Positions 1 through 8,055 of a stretch of 64,000 nt of DNA are shown piece by piece. The notes below the pieces were generated by a model, which was given only the letters and a program-made list of their open reading frames with translations, was not told where the DNA came from and did no database searches. Within the stretch, counting starts at the first letter, position 1, and each line of letters opens with the position of its first letter. The translations under genes and the position numbers were made by a program. This stretch comes from Patescibacteria group bacterium (GTDB lineage Bacteria; Patescibacteriota; Patescibacteriia; Magasanikbacterales; GWA2-37-8): NCBI GenBank assembly GCA_022710645.1, contig JAKLGL010000001.1:20614-84613 (forward strand), in the 5' to 3' direction.

Positions 1-185
1 CAAGCGTCGGATTTTTGAACACAACTCCTCATCTCTGGGCGCGAAATACACTCGCGCGCGTCGTCCGGTGAAACTCGTTTGGTCAAAAAAATTCAAAACC
101 AGATCTTTGGCTTGCAAAACGGAATGGAAAATAAAACAGATGAAAAGGGGAGAGAAAATGAAATTAATTAAAACGATAAAATAAA

Positions 186-215
186 CACTTCAGCCAGCGG
201 GTTGAAGTGTTTTTG
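186..215 (+). terminator. Rho-independent terminator (hairpin cacttca...tgaagtg followed by a T-run) ending an upstream plus-strand unit
   Basis: Inverted repeat followed by TTTTT, read directly from the sequence. Confidence 0.5.
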
Positions 216-218
216 GTA

Positions 219-248
219 TTGACAAAATCGTTAAAATATGCTATAATT
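219..248 (+). promoter_or_regulatory. sigma70-like promoter TTGACA-18-TATAAT
   Basis: TTGACA at 219-224 and TATAAT at 243-248. It lies upstream of the ORF at 309, whose RBS is AAGGAGG. Confidence 0.55.
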
Positions 249-308
249 AGCTGTCATTTTAGTTCTTTCAAATAAATAAACGTTTATTATCGTTATAAGG
301 AGGATGTC

Positions 309-971
309 ATGTTTTTATTTTTTCTTGTACTCGTACTCAATGTCGTGATTTCTGTCTGGAATTGCTATGCAGTAGGGATAGCTTGGAAGGACACGATGGC
401 TTTCGGTGGATGGTTCAATAAAACTCTTCTCTGGTCAGGGGTTATCCAGTCGGGTGTAGGATTTTCTATGCCGATAATGCTCATCTTGGGTTTTGGCGCT
501 TCTTTCTTCCTGTCATCCGGAGAAAACCCGATGTTCACACTGGAAGAAGCTGATCAAATCCTGCAGGGAATGTTTTCTCTCTGGTATGTTCTGGTAATTT
601 TTCCTGTCCTTGGATCAGGGTTGGCTATCTGGGCGCATTCGCTCCGTGAAGCTTATCGCAGGCGCGATTTCGGCAGTATTGCGGTAGCCGGATACAACAG
701 CTTTGCCCAGATTCACAACATGGTCAGCGCAGCCAATAACCTTGGCGGAGCGTTTGGAAATGTTGGCGAATTGTTTGGCAAGGCTTTGGATTCCAAAGGG
801 GGAAAAGGGAAAGATAAATTATTCATTCTCTTGATAATCCTGGTTATTGTAGCAATTATTGCCGGTTTCATGATCGCTTTTGCGTTGGTAAGGCATTACG
901 CCTCCAACACCGATTCCAGAATAGAGGAATATGGCGATCAGATTGAAAGGCAAAGATATGCCAACAGATAG
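309..971 (+). CDS. hypothetical integral membrane protein
   Basis: ORF of 220 aa with several hydrophobic segments. It has an AGGAGG RBS and a terminator hairpin at 991-1017. Confidence 0.5.
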   Translation: MFLFFLVLVLNVVISVWNCYAVGIAWKDTMAFGGWFNKTLLWSGVIQSGVGFSMPIMLILGFGASFFLSSGENPMFTLEEADQILQGMFSLWYVLVIFPVLGSGLAIWAHSLREAYRRRDFGSIAVAGYNSFAQIHNMVSAANNLGGAFGNVGELFGKALDSKGGKGKDKLFILLIILVIVAIIAGFMIAFALVRHYASNTDSRIEEYGDQIERQRYANR

Positions 972-1120
972 GGATAATAAACCTTTTCACAGCGGGGCTT
1001 TTGGCTCCGCTTTTTTTATATCATTTTATCTAATATAAATCCTTGCTTTTTTTCTCCAAGCCTGTTATGGTTTAAGCGGGTTCTTTATAAAATTATTAAC
1101 GGATTATATGGGAGTGTATC

Positions 1121-1720
1121 ATGAATTTCACACCTTTGGTTCAAAAAGCGATTGACATGTCCGCCAGATTGCACAACGGACAAAATCGCAAGAATGACGA
1201 AACTTTGCCTTATGTCAGTCACTGTTTTTCAGTAGCGTGCATTTTGAGTCAATACACAGGTAAACCCGAAGTCATCGCCGCCGGACTTCTGCATGATGTT
1301 CTGGAAGATGTCAAAGGGTACACTTACTATGACTTGTTGAGAGACTTTGGTCCGGAAGTGGCCAATCTCGTCAAAGCAGTATCCGAAGATAAGGATCCCA
1401 ATGCCAAAACGGACAAGCGGGCTTCTTGGATGAAGAGGAAAAAGGGATATCTGGAAAATCTGCAGAAACACGGCTCGGGAGCAATGCTCATTTGTGCCGC
1501 GGACAAGATTAACAACCTGAGATCTGTTACAGCTTGGTATTTAGAGACAGGGGAGAAAACTTGGGAAAAGTTTAATTCCTCGGTCAAAAATCAGATTTGG
1601 TATTATCAGGAAGTCTTGAGGATTTTGAAAATCGGTCTCCGCGGTAACACTATTATAAGTTCGCTGGAGAAAGAAATTGAAAGATTCCTTGATGTCTTGT
1701 TAAAAAGCAAATCCATTTAA
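1121..1720 (+). CDS. HD-domain phosphohydrolase, RelA/SpoT-type (p)ppGpp hydrolase-like (small alarmone hydrolase)
   Basis: The motif AGLLHDVLEDVK and the N-terminal 'LHNGQ.R..DETLPYVSH' match the SpoT/RelA HD hydrolase domain. At 199 aa it lacks a synthetase domain. Confidence 0.65.
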   Translation: MNFTPLVQKAIDMSARLHNGQNRKNDETLPYVSHCFSVACILSQYTGKPEVIAAGLLHDVLEDVKGYTYYDLLRDFGPEVANLVKAVSEDKDPNAKTDKRASWMKRKKGYLENLQKHGSGAMLICAADKINNLRSVTAWYLETGEKTWEKFNSSVKNQIWYYQEVLRILKIGLRGNTIISSLEKEIERFLDVLLKSKSI

Positions 1721-1789
1721 CATTTTTTCCGTCCTCAGTGGCGGATTTTTTTATCTTTTATTTAGCTGGTTTTAGCGAAAAATTATTTA

Positions 1790-1818
1790 TTGCAAAAGAA
1801 GAAGAATTGGAGTAAAAT
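1790..1818 (+). promoter_or_regulatory. sigma70-like promoter TTGCAA-17-TAAAAT upstream of hsdM
   Basis: Hexamers and spacing read from the sequence. Confidence 0.45.
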
Positions 1819-1843
1819 ATAGTCATCTTATTTAATAAAAATT

Positions 1844-3307
1844 ATGTTTGAACAATCATTAAAAAATATAGACGATATTCTTCACCAAGATTCTGGTTGT
1901 GCTACTGAACTTGATTATATTGAACAAACCTCATGGATTTTATTTTTGAAATATTTGGATGATTTGGAAAAAGATAGAGAAACCTCGGCAAAATTGGCAG
2001 GTAAAAAATATGAATATATTATTGACCCTCAATATCGTTGGGAAAAATGGGCGATGCCAAAAAATAAAGATGGCAAAATTGATCACAACACTGCTTTGTC
2101 AGGGGATGATTTGAAAGATTTTGTTAATGGTAAATTATTTCCTTATCTTAAAAAATTTAGAGCAGATGCATCAAGTCCGGATACGATTGAATATAAAATT
2201 GGGGAAATTTTTAGTGAATTAAAAAATAGAATAGAGAGCGGTCACAGACTTCGTGAAATTTTGGAAATAGTGGACGCGCTACATTTTCGTACTGATGCGG
2301 AAAAACACGAACTTTCTCATCTTTATGAAAGCAAAATTGCCAAAATGGGCAATGCTGGACGTAATGGTGGGGAATATTACACTCCAAGACCGCTTATTCG
2401 CACGATTGTAAAAATTGTCGCGCCGAAAATTGGAGAGAAAATTTACGACGGAGCATGTGGCAGCGCCGGCTTTTTGGTGGAAGCTTTTGATTATCTCAAA
2501 TCTGAAAATAAAGATCGTTCTACAAAAAATGATGAAATTTTGCAAAAGAAAACTTTTTACGGCAAAGAAATAAAATCCCTGGCTTATATCATCGGCACAA
2601 TGAATATGATCTTGCATGGCATTGAAGCGCCAAACATCACTCATACCAATACCTTGGCGCAAAATATCAATGATATTCAAGAAAAAGACAGGTTTGATGT
2701 TATCCTTGCCAATCCGCCATTTGGCGCAGGTATTGGCCGAGAAATTCAACAAAACTTTCCCATCAAAACAGGTGAGACTGCTTTTCTTTTTCTTCAACAC
2801 TTTATCAAAATTCTCAAAGCCGGTGGGCGAGCGGGTATTGTTATCAAAAATACTTTTCTTTCCAATACCGACAATGCTTCGGTTAGTTTGCGTAAACTAC
2901 TTTTAGAAAATTGTAATTTGCATACGATTTTAGATTTACCAGGTGGCGCTTTTCAAGGCGCTGGTGTAAAAACTATAGTTTTATTTTTTGAAAAAGGAAA
3001 ACCAACGAAAAATGTTTGGTATTACCAACTCAGCCTTGATCGAAATCTTGGCAAAGGTAATCCACTTAACGAAAATGACTTAGCGGAATTTGTAAAATTG
3101 CAAAAAACAAAAGCAGACAGTGAAAACTCTTGGAGTTTAGATGTGTCTAAAATTGATCAAAATACTTTTGATTTATCAGTTAAAAATCCGAATAAAAAAG
3201 AGGAAAATGTTTTGAGAGAACCGAAGGAGATTTTGGAGGAGATGGAAGAAATAGACGAGGAAAACAAAATAATATTTAAAAAAATCAAAAATTTAGTACA
3301 TGACTAA
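1844..3307 (+). CDS. hsdM: type I restriction-modification system, DNA methyltransferase subunit M
   Basis: HsdM-like N-terminal domain. The N6-adenine methyltransferase motif NPPFG is present, as is an AdoMet-binding DGACGSAGFL motif. Confidence 0.9.
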   Translation: MFEQSLKNIDDILHQDSGCATELDYIEQTSWILFLKYLDDLEKDRETSAKLAGKKYEYIIDPQYRWEKWAMPKNKDGKIDHNTALSGDDLKDFVNGKLFPYLKKFRADASSPDTIEYKIGEIFSELKNRIESGHRLREILEIVDALHFRTDAEKHELSHLYESKIAKMGNAGRNGGEYYTPRPLIRTIVKIVAPKIGEKIYDGACGSAGFLVEAFDYLKSENKDRSTKNDEILQKKTFYGKEIKSLAYIIGTMNMILHGIEAPNITHTNTLAQNINDIQEKDRFDVILANPPFGAGIGREIQQNFPIKTGETAFLFLQHFIKILKAGGRAGIVIKNTFLSNTDNASVSLRKLLLENCNLHTILDLPGGAFQGAGVKTIVLFFEKGKPTKNVWYYQLSLDRNLGKGNPLNENDLAEFVKLQKTKADSENSWSLDVSKIDQNTFDLSVKNPNKKEENVLREPKEILEEMEEIDEENKIIFKKIKNLVHD

Positions 3308-4802
3308 TGCTGATATTAAAATTTATTTTTCTGATTTTTTTGAAGTAGATCATAATAAATTAGAAAGTTATGGCGCTCTTGATATCTCGTTATTGTCAGA
3401 TAATCCAGCTTTTATTGACCCATTTTTAATATTTTATAGTAAAAATAAAGATTATCAACAATTACACCAATCTATTGTCAATTATTTAATCTTTTTAAAA
3501 AAACAAAGTGACGAAGGTAATTTTTCTAATTTATTTTATACATTTCCAGAAGTAAATGAAGTTTGGCTTGGTTTTTCAAAAAGTGGTAATAAAGGACTCG
3601 GTTTAGGACCATATTTTGCTAATGAATTAAATGAAAATCTAATCAATATTTTTAAGGGTAATAAAAATAAAATTACAAAAAGTACACACATTGAAAAACT
3701 TTGTATTATTGGAGAGCGAATTGGAGCGGATAAAATAAGTGATTTTACACTAAATTTGATAAAACATTATTTAGTAAAGTATACTGAAAAATTTGCCATT
3801 GAAAATTTAGACAATAAATACATTTCAAAATTTAGAATATCAAAATTATTTTTTGATTTCGAAAAAAGTAATTGGGTTGATGGTGAAGCTGTCCTTCCAA
3901 TAAATCCGCATGATAAGTCGAACTATGTTTTATTAACACCAAAAGATATTCTAGTGAAAGAGGAAGGGTGGATTTCAGTTAATGATTTTTTAAATAATGA
4001 CGGTTTAATTATAAGTAATATTTCAAATGATGATTTGCGTTATAAAATAAACCAATACTTTCTTTCTTTGATTCCTGATAAGCGTAATAGAAATGGTAAA
4101 CCTGAAAAAGACTTATCGAAGAAAAATACGAGAAATGCAATGAAAGAAACGGCAAAGAAATATCCCGAATTAATCGATTATTTTATTAAATGTAAAGAAG
4201 AAAACGGGCAGGGTGCGGTTGAAGCTAGTTTAGTTGATAATGACTTTTTGAAACAAGTGTTCTATCTTGGTATTAAAGCTATTACTAAAAATTTAAAAAT
4301 TGAAGGTTTTTATAAAACAAATATAAAAGACAATTCATTTTTAGAAACAATAGATAAAATTAAAAAATTTAAGTATGTAATGGAAAAAAGAGATGGGTAT
4401 ACTGTATTTTGGGATGATAAAAAATTAAGAAAATTTAAAGAGCCAGATGTAGACAAAATGATTGATTTAGTTTTCGCTTCTTCTGATTTTTCCATAGATA
4501 AACAAGTTAATAACGGAAGAGGCTCGTCGGATATTAAGGTTTCAAAAGGATCCGCTGATTGTACTATTATAGAAACAAAACTTGCAAAAAACCCTCAATT
4601 AGAAAATAATTTACAAAAACAGTTAAATATTTATAAAGAAGCAAATAATACAACAAATGGTGTTTATGTAATTTTATATTTTAATGAAGATGAATTTAAA
4701 AAGGTGCAAAAAATATTCAAAAAATTAGGAATAGATGATTGTGTTGACAAATGGATATTTTTAATTGATTGTAGAAAGAAAATATCCGCCTCAAAGGCTT
4801 AA
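3300..4802 (+). CDS. uncharacterised 500-aa protein embedded between hsdM and hsdS, with a C-terminal PD-(D/E)xK-like motif (putative nuclease-fold defence protein)
   Basis: It overlaps the hsdM stop by 8 bp, which suggests translational coupling. The C-terminus has '...EPDVDKMIDLVF...(about 30 aa)...CTIIETKLA', a D...ExK pattern. There is no Walker A. Confidence 0.55.
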   Translation: MTNADIKIYFSDFFEVDHNKLESYGALDISLLSDNPAFIDPFLIFYSKNKDYQQLHQSIVNYLIFLKKQSDEGNFSNLFYTFPEVNEVWLGFSKSGNKGLGLGPYFANELNENLINIFKGNKNKITKSTHIEKLCIIGERIGADKISDFTLNLIKHYLVKYTEKFAIENLDNKYISKFRISKLFFDFEKSNWVDGEAVLPINPHDKSNYVLLTPKDILVKEEGWISVNDFLNNDGLIISNISNDDLRYKINQYFLSLIPDKRNRNGKPEKDLSKKNTRNAMKETAKKYPELIDYFIKCKEENGQGAVEASLVDNDFLKQVFYLGIKAITKNLKIEGFYKTNIKDNSFLETIDKIKKFKYVMEKRDGYTVFWDDKKLRKFKEPDVDKMIDLVFASSDFSIDKQVNNGRGSSDIKVSKGSADCTIIETKLAKNPQLENNLQKQLNIYKEANNTTNGVYVILYFNEDEFKKVQKIFKKLGIDDCVDKWIFLIDCRKKISASKA

Positions 4803-4809
4803 TATTTTT

Positions 4810-5922
4810 ATGAAAAATATTATTACTGATAAAAATAATTGGCAAACAAAAAAACTTGGTGAACTTTGCGATATTACAACTGGCAATTCAAATACAGTCG
4901 ATGCTGTCAGTGATGGTCAATATGCTTTTTTTGATCGATCGAAAATAATTAAAAGGAGTCATAATTTTTTGTTTGATTCGGAAGCGTTGATTATTCCAGG
5001 AGAAGGTGCTGAATTTTTCCCTAGATATTATTCAGGAAAATTTAATTTACACCAAAGAGCTTATGCTTTGTTAAATTTTAATAAAAATACAAATGTTAAA
5101 TTTGTAGAATATTTTTTAATTTTTGAACACAAATATTTTGAAAGGGTTGCAGTTGGAGCTACTGCAAAGTCTTTAAGAAGAAGACATTTTGAAGATTTAG
5201 AAATTCCGCTTCCACCCCTCCCCGAACAACATCGCATCGTAAAAATTTTAGATGAAGTTTTTGAAAATATTACGGAAGCGAAAGAAAACGCTGAAAAAAA
5301 TCTTCAAAATTCAAAAGATCTTTTTGAATCGTATTTACAGAATGTATTTGCGAAAAAGGGGAATGGTTGGGAGGAAAAGACTTTAGGCGAGGTGTGTAGA
5401 TATGATAAAACACCATATAAAAAAAGTAATTTACCCTATGTTGGACTTGAAGATATAGAATCAAATTCAGGTAAATTTTTAGGTTCTTTGGATTCAAAAA
5501 AAGTAAAAAGTAATACTTTTCATTTTACACCAGAACATGTTTTATATGGCCGTTTAAGACCTTATTTAAATAAAGTGTTACTTCCAGATTTTGAAGGTCA
5601 TTGTTCAACAGAGATTTTTCCTATAAAGCCCAGCAAAGATTTATATAGAGGGTTTTTATTTTTTTGGCTTATTTCTAAAAAAATAGTTAAAAAAATAAAT
5701 GCCACTTGGACTGGAGCTCGAATGCCTAGGGCAAACATGAATGAAGTATTAGATTTTATAATCCCAATACCATCAATATCCGAACAAAAATCCATCGTTG
5801 CCAAACTTGACGCGCTTTCGGAACAAACTAAAAAACTGGAAGAAATTTATAAACAAAAATTAGCGGATTTGGAGGAATTAAAAAAGTCGGTGTTGAAAAA
5901 GGCTTTTAGCGGGGAATTATGA
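4810..5922 (+). CDS. hsdS: type I restriction-modification system, specificity subunit S
   Basis: Two target-recognition-domain halves separated by the conserved central 'LPPLPEQHRIVKILDEVF' helix, with a C-terminal 'LEELKKSVLKKAFSGEL'. The start was chosen at MKNIITD; the ORF track's 4765 start overlaps the preceding gene. Confidence 0.85.
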   Translation: MKNIITDKNNWQTKKLGELCDITTGNSNTVDAVSDGQYAFFDRSKIIKRSHNFLFDSEALIIPGEGAEFFPRYYSGKFNLHQRAYALLNFNKNTNVKFVEYFLIFEHKYFERVAVGATAKSLRRRHFEDLEIPLPPLPEQHRIVKILDEVFENITEAKENAEKNLQNSKDLFESYLQNVFAKKGNGWEEKTLGEVCRYDKTPYKKSNLPYVGLEDIESNSGKFLGSLDSKKVKSNTFHFTPEHVLYGRLRPYLNKVLLPDFEGHCSTEIFPIKPSKDLYRGFLFFWLISKKIVKKINATWTGARMPRANMNEVLDFIIPIPSISEQKSIVAKLDALSEQTKKLEEIYKQKLADLEELKKSVLKKAFSGEL

Positions 5923-6473
5923 AAGCCAGTGAATATCAAAATCAAATCGCAGAACTTTTAAAACAAATTTTTCCGGCTGAATTGGTAAAAAAGGAATGGG
6001 ATTCGTCTGTGACTTTTAATGACTTGTCTCATAATAAAATGGTTTATGCTCCACGTATAGATGTTGCAATTGGCCCGTTTAATAATCGTTTTAATTTAGA
6101 TGTTGGAGAAATGCCGAGCGATTTGATGAAAAAACATCCTTTTACTAGAATGATGTTTGAAAGGCATTATAATGATATAGATGATTTTGATAAGGTATGG
6201 AATAGTTTTTCTCGTTGTTATTTAGCGATCGAAGTGGAGTTTAGTGGTTCAGCAAAACATATTTTTGGTAGCATAATTAATGCAGTTACAAATGGATCTT
6301 TAGCTTTTATTATTACAAATAAAGAAAATTACAGTAAAGTAGATCGAATTATTAAGTATATTTGGCGACAAGAAAATCAAGAGGTAATAGAATTAAATAC
6401 TTTGAAAAATTTATTGGTATTTGAGGAAGGGGAATTTTTGGAAGTATTGAGGGAATATTTAAAAAAAGTATAA
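5919..6473 (+). CDS. hypothetical protein translationally coupled to hsdS (ATGA overlap), with a possible restriction-endonuclease-like fold
   Basis: 184-aa ORF whose start overlaps the hsdS stop by 4 bp. It has 'YAPRIDVAIGP' and 'LAIEVEFSGSAKH' acidic motifs. The fold assignment is speculative. Confidence 0.5.
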   Translation: MKASEYQNQIAELLKQIFPAELVKKEWDSSVTFNDLSHNKMVYAPRIDVAIGPFNNRFNLDVGEMPSDLMKKHPFTRMMFERHYNDIDDFDKVWNSFSRCYLAIEVEFSGSAKHIFGSIINAVTNGSLAFIITNKENYSKVDRIIKYIWRQENQEVIELNTLKNLLVFEEGEFLEVLREYLKKV

Positions 6474-6557
6474 AATAGGTATAACTAGACTTATTTAAGA
6501 AATTTTATACAAGAGAATTGTAAACAATTTATCTATAATTAGCCAAAAAAAGCAGTA

Positions 6558-6617
6558 TTGACATTACTTATATAATGTAATATACTAGTAATATAACATA
6601 CTAGTATAATCTAATAT
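6558..6617 (+). promoter_or_regulatory. Promoter region (TTGACA-17-TATACT, with a second TATAAT at 6605-6610) carrying two copies of the 8-bp palindrome TACTAGTA
   Basis: TTGACA at 6558-6563. The palindromes are in 'tatactagtaatataacatactagtataat'. The ATG at 6618 has no RBS and sits about 7 nt after the TATAAT, so the mRNA may be leaderless. Confidence 0.45.
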
Positions 6618-8051
6618 ATGAATCAAGAATTAATACAATATTTACAAAAACAAATAAGAACAGTTGAAGATAGGTTATATAAATATACTCACAATACCCA
6701 AGGAGGTAAATTACCTCAACGTTTTTTGTTTGTTAAAATTCAAAAATATCTCAATGATTTTTTAGGTAAAATTTCAGAAAACAGATTAATTATTATTCCT
6801 GGATTACGAGGTGTAGGTAAAACTACTTTGATGGCTCAAATTTGTAGTGATTTAATTGTAAATAAAAAAAATGTAAAAACATTATTCCTGTCATTAGATG
6901 AAGTAAAAAATCTTTTTAATGTTGGGATATCTGAAGTTATGCAAGCATATGAAGAAATTTTAGGTGAAGATTTGGAAAGTTTATCAGAAAATGTTGTTAT
7001 TTTTTTCGATGAAGTGCAAAGTGATCCAACCTGGGCAAAAGCATTGAAAATACTTCATGATAAAACATCCAAAATATTCTTTTGTTGTACAGGATCTTCA
7101 GCAGTAGTATTGCAATCAACCCCAGATATAGCTAGAGGTAGGGCTATATTTGAAAGAATGACCCCGATGTGTTTTATGGAATTTGAAATGGTTAAAGACA
7201 AAGTTTTTCCTACAAAACAATTAAAAAAAGATATATGGGATGCTGTTTATTTTTCCAAAGATGCTGTAGAGGTTTATGATAAATTATCAAAACTACAAAG
7301 TTTGGTAAATAATTATTGGAGCAAGGTGGATAGAAGAGATATGGAGAAATTTTTAGCATATGGATCTTTGCCATTTACTTTACAACTTCCAAACGAAACT
7401 ATTATTAATGATTCTATTTCTTTGTTATTGGATGGAATTATTAAAAAAGATTTACCGATGCTGAATGGTTTTGATGTTAAAACGTTATCACAAGTCAAAA
7501 GATTACTTTTTATTCTTGCTGAAAATGACACGACCAGTATCAATAAATTAGAGGAAATATTAGGTATTGATAGACTAACTATAGCGAGTTTATTGGATGC
7601 TTTAGAAAAAGCAGAATTGATTATAAAAATTTCGGCTTATGGTTCCAATATGTCGGTGGCAAAAAAACCAGCAAAATATCTTTTTATGTCTTCAGCTGTG
7701 CGTATGTCATTTTTTTCAATATCTGGAAATGAAAATACTTTTTCTACAAGAAAAGGAAAGCTCTTGGAAGATTCTGTAGGTACACATTTATATAGAGAAT
7801 TTATACTTAAAAATGATGGCGCTTTACGATATGATAGTTCGCAGAATGGCGCAGATTTTATTTTGCAAATTGCTAATAAAAAACAGATAATAATTGAAGT
7901 TGGTTTGGGTAAAAAAGACAGAAAACAAATTTTAAATAGCATGGAAAGAATTGATTCAGATTATGGCATAGTTTTTTCAAGTAATCCTTTAGTTATTGAT
8001 CAAGATAAAAAAATAGTCAATGTACCTTTGGATTATTATTTTTTAATGTAA
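6618..8051 (+). CDS. AAA+ ATPase of the AAA_14/DUF4143 (COG1373-like) type, embedded in the type I R-M locus
   Basis: Walker A 'GLRGVGKTTL' and Walker B 'VIFFDEVQ'. The C-terminal region 'NGADFILQ...IIIEVGLGKK' resembles the DUF4143 nuclease-like module. Confidence 0.7.
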   Translation: MNQELIQYLQKQIRTVEDRLYKYTHNTQGGKLPQRFLFVKIQKYLNDFLGKISENRLIIIPGLRGVGKTTLMAQICSDLIVNKKNVKTLFLSLDEVKNLFNVGISEVMQAYEEILGEDLESLSENVVIFFDEVQSDPTWAKALKILHDKTSKIFFCCTGSSAVVLQSTPDIARGRAIFERMTPMCFMEFEMVKDKVFPTKQLKKDIWDAVYFSKDAVEVYDKLSKLQSLVNNYWSKVDRRDMEKFLAYGSLPFTLQLPNETIINDSISLLLDGIIKKDLPMLNGFDVKTLSQVKRLLFILAENDTTSINKLEEILGIDRLTIASLLDALEKAELIIKISAYGSNMSVAKKPAKYLFMSSAVRMSFFSISGNENTFSTRKGKLLEDSVGTHLYREFILKNDGALRYDSSQNGADFILQIANKKQIIIEVGLGKKDRKQILNSMERIDSDYGIVFSSNPLVIDQDKKIVNVPLDYYFLM

Positions 8052-8055
8052 TCGT

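Noticed and set aside
2279-2906. Minus-strand 173-aa and plus-strand 96-aa ORFs inside hsdM
   Set aside because: They lie wholly inside a well-supported HsdM reading frame and their translations are low-complexity.
4765-4809. Upstream start of hsdS overlapping gene X by 38 bp
   Set aside because: The conserved HsdS N-terminus begins at MKNIITDKNNW. The earlier start would need a long overlap with no supporting conservation.
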